This document shows, piece by piece, positions 59,885-64,000 of a stretch of DNA of 64,000 nucleotides. The notes under the pieces were generated by a model. That model did no database searches. It was not told the origin of the DNA and saw nothing but the letters and a program-made list of their open reading frames with translations. The translations under genes were made by a program, and so were the position numbers. Each line of letters opens with the position of its first letter. Position 1 is the stretch's first letter. This DNA is from Treponema sp. (GTDB lineage Bacteria; Spirochaetota; Spirochaetia; Treponematales; Treponemataceae): positions 5,011-69,010 of the forward strand of contig JAZLKI010000035.1 in NCBI GenBank assembly GCA_045597485.1, read 5' to 3'.

Positions 59885-61759
59885 TTAAACTCCAAGTCTA
59901 TTAATTACAGTATCGACTAAATTATCCCAAACTGTAATAAACTTAGCTGCGGCGTTATAACCATGCTGGAATTTCATAATTTCAGCCAGTTCTTCATCAA
60001 TATTTACACCGCTGATTGAATCACGAAGATTTCTTAAATCATCCATAATTGCATTCTGACTTAAAAGATTTGTTTCTGCCTGTTCACCTTTAAGACCAAC
60101 ATTTGTAACTGTATCAGCAAAGTAATCATCAAAGGTTTTCATACTTCCAACCATAACACTTGAATTACGAATTGAAGCAATTTCAACTGCCGCTCTTCCA
60201 TCTCCAGTAGGAGCATTTCCAGCAGCATCCATATAACCAGCAGCAACACTCATTACATCATTACGAATAGCTTCATTAACTTCGATGTAAGCAGAAGGAT
60301 TAAATACAGGGCTTACAGCAAACTGAGTTCCACTTGCAAGAGCATTAACAGCATCTGCCTGGGCAAAATCATAAGCACCAGCTTCACCACTCTCTGCAAG
60401 AACTCCTGCATATCCACTTAAGAAATATCCTGAATCTTCTACATGACGAATTACAAAATCTGGATTTTCAGCATTCTGAGCTGTTGTTCCTTTCAAAACA
60501 AGATGATTGTTTTTATCAAGATAAGCTTTTACTTCACTTGTGCTGTTATTAATACGTGAAATTACAGTTTCCACAGTATCAGTATGGAAATATGGAACTT
60601 CAACATTACCGTTAGTACCACTAAGAGTCATTACACCTTCAATACCCACTTGCTGCTGCATATCAAGTTCATTTTTACCAGAAAAACGGAATACATAAGA
60701 AGTATCAAGTTCTCCGTCTCCATTGCGATCAAAGTTACCGTTAGCATTTTCAACAAACGAGTGCTGAGTAAAGAAATCAAGACCAGTAACTTTATTAGCA
60801 CCAGTAGCATTACGGTGAACATCGTTTACAAGGTCAGCAAAGTTCATTGTCATTGTATTTAATGACTGAATTTCATTACGAATATCTACATCGCGAAGTT
60901 CAACTAAAGCACCAAGCTGTCCACCAGAGAATTTTGCATCATTACCAGTATCAGCCCAAATAAGTTTATTCTGTCCAGAATCATCATCTTTCAACTGGAA
61001 ACCAATTTCGCGAGAAATACTTCCCTGAACAAGAACTTTTCCATCAACATGAACCATAAATTCATCGCTATCACGCTGATCAGTAGTTACATTTACAAGA
61101 GTTGAAAGTTTATCTACCAAAAGGTCACGGCGATCTAACAAATCATTAGGATTATCTCCCATTGCACGGCTACGAACAATTTCAGCATTTACATTTGCAA
61201 TCTGACGTGCATATGAGTTTACCTGTTTAACAGTAGCTTCAATATCCCCTTCAATAAGATTTCCAATTCCACTTAAAGATTCCCAACGCTGCTTAATAGA
61301 ATCTGTGAGAGTTTCACCACGAGTTACAACAGCCTGACGTGCAGCTCTACTTTCAGGATTAATAGAAAGTTCCTGCCAGCTTGTCCAGAATTTATCCATA
61401 TTAGTGCGAACTGAAATATCATCTGGTTCATTGTAAATCTGTTCAATCATTGTGTAATATTTAGAACGAGTATCCCAATAAGATTCCTGATTAGCCTGAG
61501 CTACAATACGAGTATCCAAAAGTTCATCACGAATACGGTTGATTGACTGAGCATCAATTCCCTGACCAATCATACCTGCACGTTCGGCACGTTCCAAATC
61601 AGGTTTATATAAAGGATCAAATTCCTTCATCTGAACTCGCTGACGGCTATAACCTTCTGTATTAGCATTAGAAATGTTATGACCTGCAGTTGTAATGGCA
61701 TCTGTGTGAGCCATAATACTGCGTTTACCTAATTCAATTCCCGAAAATGTTGATCCCAT
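59885..61759 (-). CDS. flgK: Hook-associated protein 1
   Basis: GHNISNANTEGYSRQR, PNDLLDRRD, SGVNIDEE. Confidence 0.97.
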   Translation of the reverse strand: MGSTFSGIELGKRSIMAHTDAITTAGHNISNANTEGYSRQRVQMKEFDPLYKPDLERAERAGMIGQGIDAQSINRIRDELLDTRIVAQANQESYWDTRSKYYTMIEQIYNEPDDISVRTNMDKFWTSWQELSINPESRAARQAVVTRGETLTDSIKQRWESLSGIGNLIEGDIEATVKQVNSYARQIANVNAEIVRSRAMGDNPNDLLDRRDLLVDKLSTLVNVTTDQRDSDEFMVHVDGKVLVQGSISREIGFQLKDDDSGQNKLIWADTGNDAKFSGGQLGALVELRDVDIRNEIQSLNTMTMNFADLVNDVHRNATGANKVTGLDFFTQHSFVENANGNFDRNGDGELDTSYVFRFSGKNELDMQQQVGIEGVMTLSGTNGNVEVPYFHTDTVETVISRINNSTSEVKAYLDKNNHLVLKGTTAQNAENPDFVIRHVEDSGYFLSGYAGVLAESGEAGAYDFAQADAVNALASGTQFAVSPVFNPSAYIEVNEAIRNDVMSVAAGYMDAAGNAPTGDGRAAVEIASIRNSSVMVGSMKTFDDYFADTVTNVGLKGEQAETNLLSQNAIMDDLRNLRDSISGVNIDEELAEIMKFQHGYNAAAKFITVWDNLVDTVINRLGV

Positions 61760-61761
61760 AA

Positions 61762-62199
61762 TTAACCTCTTACATCTACCAATACACTGGAAGTCTGTGG
61801 CTGAGTGATTGTTCCAAATTTTGTGTAGTTTTTATTTCTAGTTTGTGGCAAAGCCTTTTCTACAACTTCTGAAATAAACTGTCTTGTTACGTTTACATAG
61901 TTTGATATAACCTGATTTTCTACCTTACATTTAAGAAGTTTTGTTCTTAATACAGAAAGTTTTTCAAGATAAGGTTTTAATTCATCTGTTTTAAGCTGAT
62001 TTTGAATTTCATCACGACGAGTATCAGCAGTTTGGAAAGTTTCAGAAAGATTGTTTACTTCACTAATTAAGTCAACTAACACAGTCCAGTCTTTATCTAT
62101 AATCGCCTTTCTTAAAACAATCTGTTTTTCAGAAAGATTATCAAGAATCGATTCTTCAGTTTTTAATAATTCAGAAAATTCAATCAATAACTCTTCCAT
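61762..62199 (-). CDS. flgN: FlgN-like export chaperone
   Basis: Helical ~145-aa protein directly upstream of flgK; ATG at 62199 after GAGG. Confidence 0.7.
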   Translation of the reverse strand: MEELLIEFSELLKTEESILDNLSEKQIVLRKAIIDKDWTVLVDLISEVNNLSETFQTADTRRDEIQNQLKTDELKPYLEKLSVLRTKLLKCKVENQVISNYVNVTRQFISEVVEKALPQTRNKNYTKFGTITQPQTSSVLVDVRG

Positions 62200-62243
62200 A
62201 AATAAACCTCGCAAAAAAAAATAATTAGGGTATATCAATTTCA

Positions 62244-62270
62244 ATATCGGAGAATGGAAAAATTTGTTTA
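62244..62270 (-). promoter_or_regulatory. sigma28 promoter of flgN-flgK-flgL-fliW-csrA
   Basis: TAAA-N15-TCCGATAT on the minus strand. Confidence 0.8.
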
Positions 62271-62375
62271 GATTTTTTTTAAGTTTTTTTTATTTTTTTC
62301 GTAGATTATTTTTTTTATGCTTTTAACCTGAAATAGTGAATCATTGAATAAATGAAGTATCCATAATTAACTATA

Positions 62376-62661
62376 TTTACATATAAGGTCGCGAAATCTG
62401 ACTTTTTGTAGGTAAAAATTTTTTAATATAATTTATTTAAAATCCATTGTATTACATACAAAATTTAAGAAACAAGTTCTTTGTGTGTAAAGAAAATTAT
62501 AATTTGATTAAAGATTTCAAATAAAATAGTTATTATTTACATACAAAAACTATGGTTTTATCATCCTGTATGTAAAAACACAATTTAATATAAAAAAAAA
62601 GAATATTTTTCAACAAATTAAATACATACAAAAAGTTTAGATGAAGTGTTATGTAAGCAAT
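62376..62661. repeat. Array of four spaced inverted repeats TACATACA-N21-TGTATGTA
   Basis: Left arms at 62378, 62453, 62538 and 62623; each right arm starts exactly 29 bp later. Confidence 0.75.
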
Positions 62662-62683
62662 ATTAAAAAAAATTGAATGCGGA

Positions 62684-63057
62684 GAGCTCCCGTTCAGGTT
62701 AAATAAAAAAACTCCACACGATGTTCGCATGGAGCTTATTGGTAATGCGTCTGACACGATTCGAACATGCTCTTATCTACTGCACGACAGTGCAGTTTCC
62801 TCTAAGCAGGGGGCAACGGGGGCGGCGAGCTCCCGTTCAGGTTAAATAAAAAAACTCCACACGATGTTCGCATGGAGCTTAACGAAAATGCGTCTGACAC
62901 GATTCGAACATGCTCTTATCTATTGCACGACAGTGCAGTTTCCTCTAAGCAGGGGGCAACGGGGGCGGCGAGCTCCCGTTCAAGTTAAATAAAAAAACTC
63001 CACACGATGTTCGCATGGAGCTTAACGAAAATGCGTCTGACACGATTCGAACGTGCT
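62684..63057 (-). repeat. ~2.6 tandem copies of a 143-bp unit containing the tRNA-Arg 3' end, its terminator and a GC-rich hairpin
   Basis: GAGCTCCCGTTCA at 62684, 62827 and 62970; TGCGTCTGACACGATTCGAAC at 62746, 62889 and 63032. Confidence 0.93.
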
Positions 63058-63105
63058 ACCTACGGATTCGAAGTCCGTTGCTCTATCCAGATGAGCTACA
63101 AACGC
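63032..63105 (-). tRNA. tRNA-Arg(TCG)
   Basis: GCGTTTGTAGCTCATCTGGATAGAGCAACGGACT-TCG-AATCCGT...GTTCGAATCGTGTCAGACGCA. Confidence 0.95.
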
Positions 63106-63148
63106 ATATAAAACAAAAAAGGTGCAAAGAACTAACTTTGCACCTTCG

Positions 63149-63221
63149 GGTGCCTAGTGGGATTTGAACCCACGACAACCAGATCCACAATCTGGCGCTC
63201 TACCCCTGAACTATAGGCACC
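63149..63221 (-). tRNA. tRNA-His(GTG) with encoded G-1
   Basis: GGTGCCTATAGTTCAGGGGTAGAGCGCCAGATT-GTG-GATCTGG...GGTTCAAATCCCACTAGGCACC. Confidence 0.95.
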
Positions 63222-63258
63222 ATACTAAAAAAAAACTCCTTGTTTTAGCAAGAAGTTT

Positions 63259-63331
63259 TGAGCCATGCAAGGATCGAACTTGCGACCCACAGATTAAGAG
63301 TCTGTTGCTCTACCAGCTGAGCTAATGGCCC
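63259..63331 (-). tRNA. tRNA-Lys(CTT)
   Basis: GGGCCATTAGCTCAGCTGGTAGAGCAACAGACT-CTT-AATCTGT...GTTCGATCCTTGCATGGCTCA. Confidence 0.95.
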
Positions 63332-63448
63332 GAAGTCAAAACGACTTAATGATGAAAATATATATGAAACTAAAAAAATTATCAACCCATTTAATCATAT
63401 TTTTCTGATTTTTTTTTAACATTTTTTCAATTTCGGTTTCATAACCTA

Positions 63449-63477
63449 TTGACAATAAACCGTCTTTTTTCTATATT
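63449..63477 (+). promoter_or_regulatory. sigma70 promoter of the tRNA-Leu-Gly-Gly operon
   Basis: TTGACA-N17-TATATT. Confidence 0.75.
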
Positions 63478-63508
63478 ATTTCTCACATAGCTTACATTGC
63501 TAAGTCTT

Positions 63509-63588
63509 GCGGGAGTGGTGGAATTGGCAGACACGCTAGACTTAGGATCTAGTGCTTCGGCGTGAGGGTTCAAGTCCCTCCCCCCGCA
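63509..63588 (+). tRNA. tRNA-Leu(TAG)
   Basis: GCGGGAGTGGTGGAATTGGCAGACACGCTAGACT-TAG-GATCTAG, variable arm, GGTTCAAGTCC. Confidence 0.95.
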
Positions 63589-63611
63589 TAAAATGTAAAC
63601 TTGTAATATTT

Positions 63612-63683
63612 GCGGAAATAGCTCAGTGGTAGAGCGCCACCTTGCCAAGGTGGATGTCGCGGGTCCGACTCCCGTTTTCCGCT
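63612..63683 (+). tRNA. tRNA-Gly(GCC)
   Basis: GCGGAAATAGCTCAGTGGTAGAGCGCCACCTT-GCC-AAGGTGG...TTTTCCGCT. Confidence 0.95.
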
Positions 63684-63713
63684 CTAAGGCGTTTGCCTGT
63701 AAAATTAAATTAT

Positions 63714-63785
63714 GCGGAAATAGCTCAGTGGTAGAGCGCCACCTTGCCAAGGTGGATGTCGCGGGTCCGACTCCCGTTTTCCGCT
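63714..63785 (+). tRNA. tRNA-Gly(GCC), identical second copy
   Basis: Identical to 63612-63683. Confidence 0.95.
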
Positions 63786-63794
63786 CGAACTTAC

Positions 63795-63829
63795 AATAGA
63801 GACGCAAAAACTTGTGTCTCTATTTTTTT
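63795..63829 (+). terminator. Terminator after the tRNA operon
   Basis: AATAGAGACGCAA/TTGTGTCTCTATT stem plus a T run. Confidence 0.75.
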
Positions 63830-63849
63830 ATCACATAAGGAGTCACAAA

Positions 63850-64000
63850 TTGAAACTTACAAAAGAATTCAAAGAACTTGAAAAATCAGCAGTAGAATTA
63901 ACTGTTACAATTTCTAAAAAAGATGTTGAAGAAGCATACAAATCAACAATGAACAGCTATGTTAAAAATGCTCAGATTCCTGGTTTCCGCAAGGGCCATG
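63850..64000 (+). CDS. tig: Trigger factor (N-terminal part; runs off the window)
   Basis: TTG after AAGGAG; MKLTKEFKELEKSAVELTVTI...QIPGFRKG ribosome-binding loop. Confidence 0.93.
   Translation, partial: MKLTKEFKELEKSAVELTVTISKKDVEEAYKSTMNSYVKNAQIPGFRKGH

Noticed and set aside
4488-60862. Numerous 60-156-aa ORFs antisense or out-of-frame within long genes (e.g. 15335-15805, 29416-29856)
   Set aside because: They lie wholly inside well-supported genes and have no motifs; treated as shadow ORFs
62533-62757. 74-aa ORF
   Set aside because: It runs through the repeat terminator and low-complexity AT-rich DNA; no RBS or recognisable motif
62376-63057. CRISPR array or prophage/ICE at tRNA-Arg
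   Set aside because: The 143-bp units are near-identical throughout, the palindrome array has only 8-10-bp conserved arms, and no cas, integrase or cargo genes are present
63439-63807. 122-aa minus-strand ORF with an internal repeat
   Set aside because: It is the antisense reading of tRNA-Leu and the two identical tRNA-Gly genes

Overview
A 64-kb, AT-rich core-chromosome window from a Treponema-like spirochaete. The assignment is inferred from spirochaete-type FlaB flagellins, a long FliD, fliW-csrA and the gene order. Contents: priA(3' part)/truA/acpS/cdaAR/dxs/miaA/rpoZ; AddAB, RecO, RecJ and LigA; an FGGY kinase with araD; a surE-GHMP kinase-lnt block; an nrdR-nrdD-nrdG operon; a flagellar filament/hook-junction locus; 7 tRNAs; and the start of tig. 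I saw no integrase, transposase, prophage or CRISPR-cas genes. Most notable observations: (1) a split class III ribonucleotide reductase whose glycyl-radical loop sits on a separate 170-aa protein fused to a CxxC redoxin, with complementary coiled-coil tails; (2) a 1839-aa ORF joining an intact DinB to an internal signal peptide and a ~1430-aa outer-membrane-like protein; (3) a perfect sigma54 promoter in front of a divergent sigma70-like gene; (4) a helically phased array of four TACATACA-N21-TGTATGTA palindromes upstream of flgN; (5) 143-bp tandem repeats carrying the tRNA-Arg 3' end; (6) dxs apparently starting at ATT, downstream of an unannotated 29-aa bS22/COX24-like gene. All calls come from reading motifs by eye; no database searches were run.
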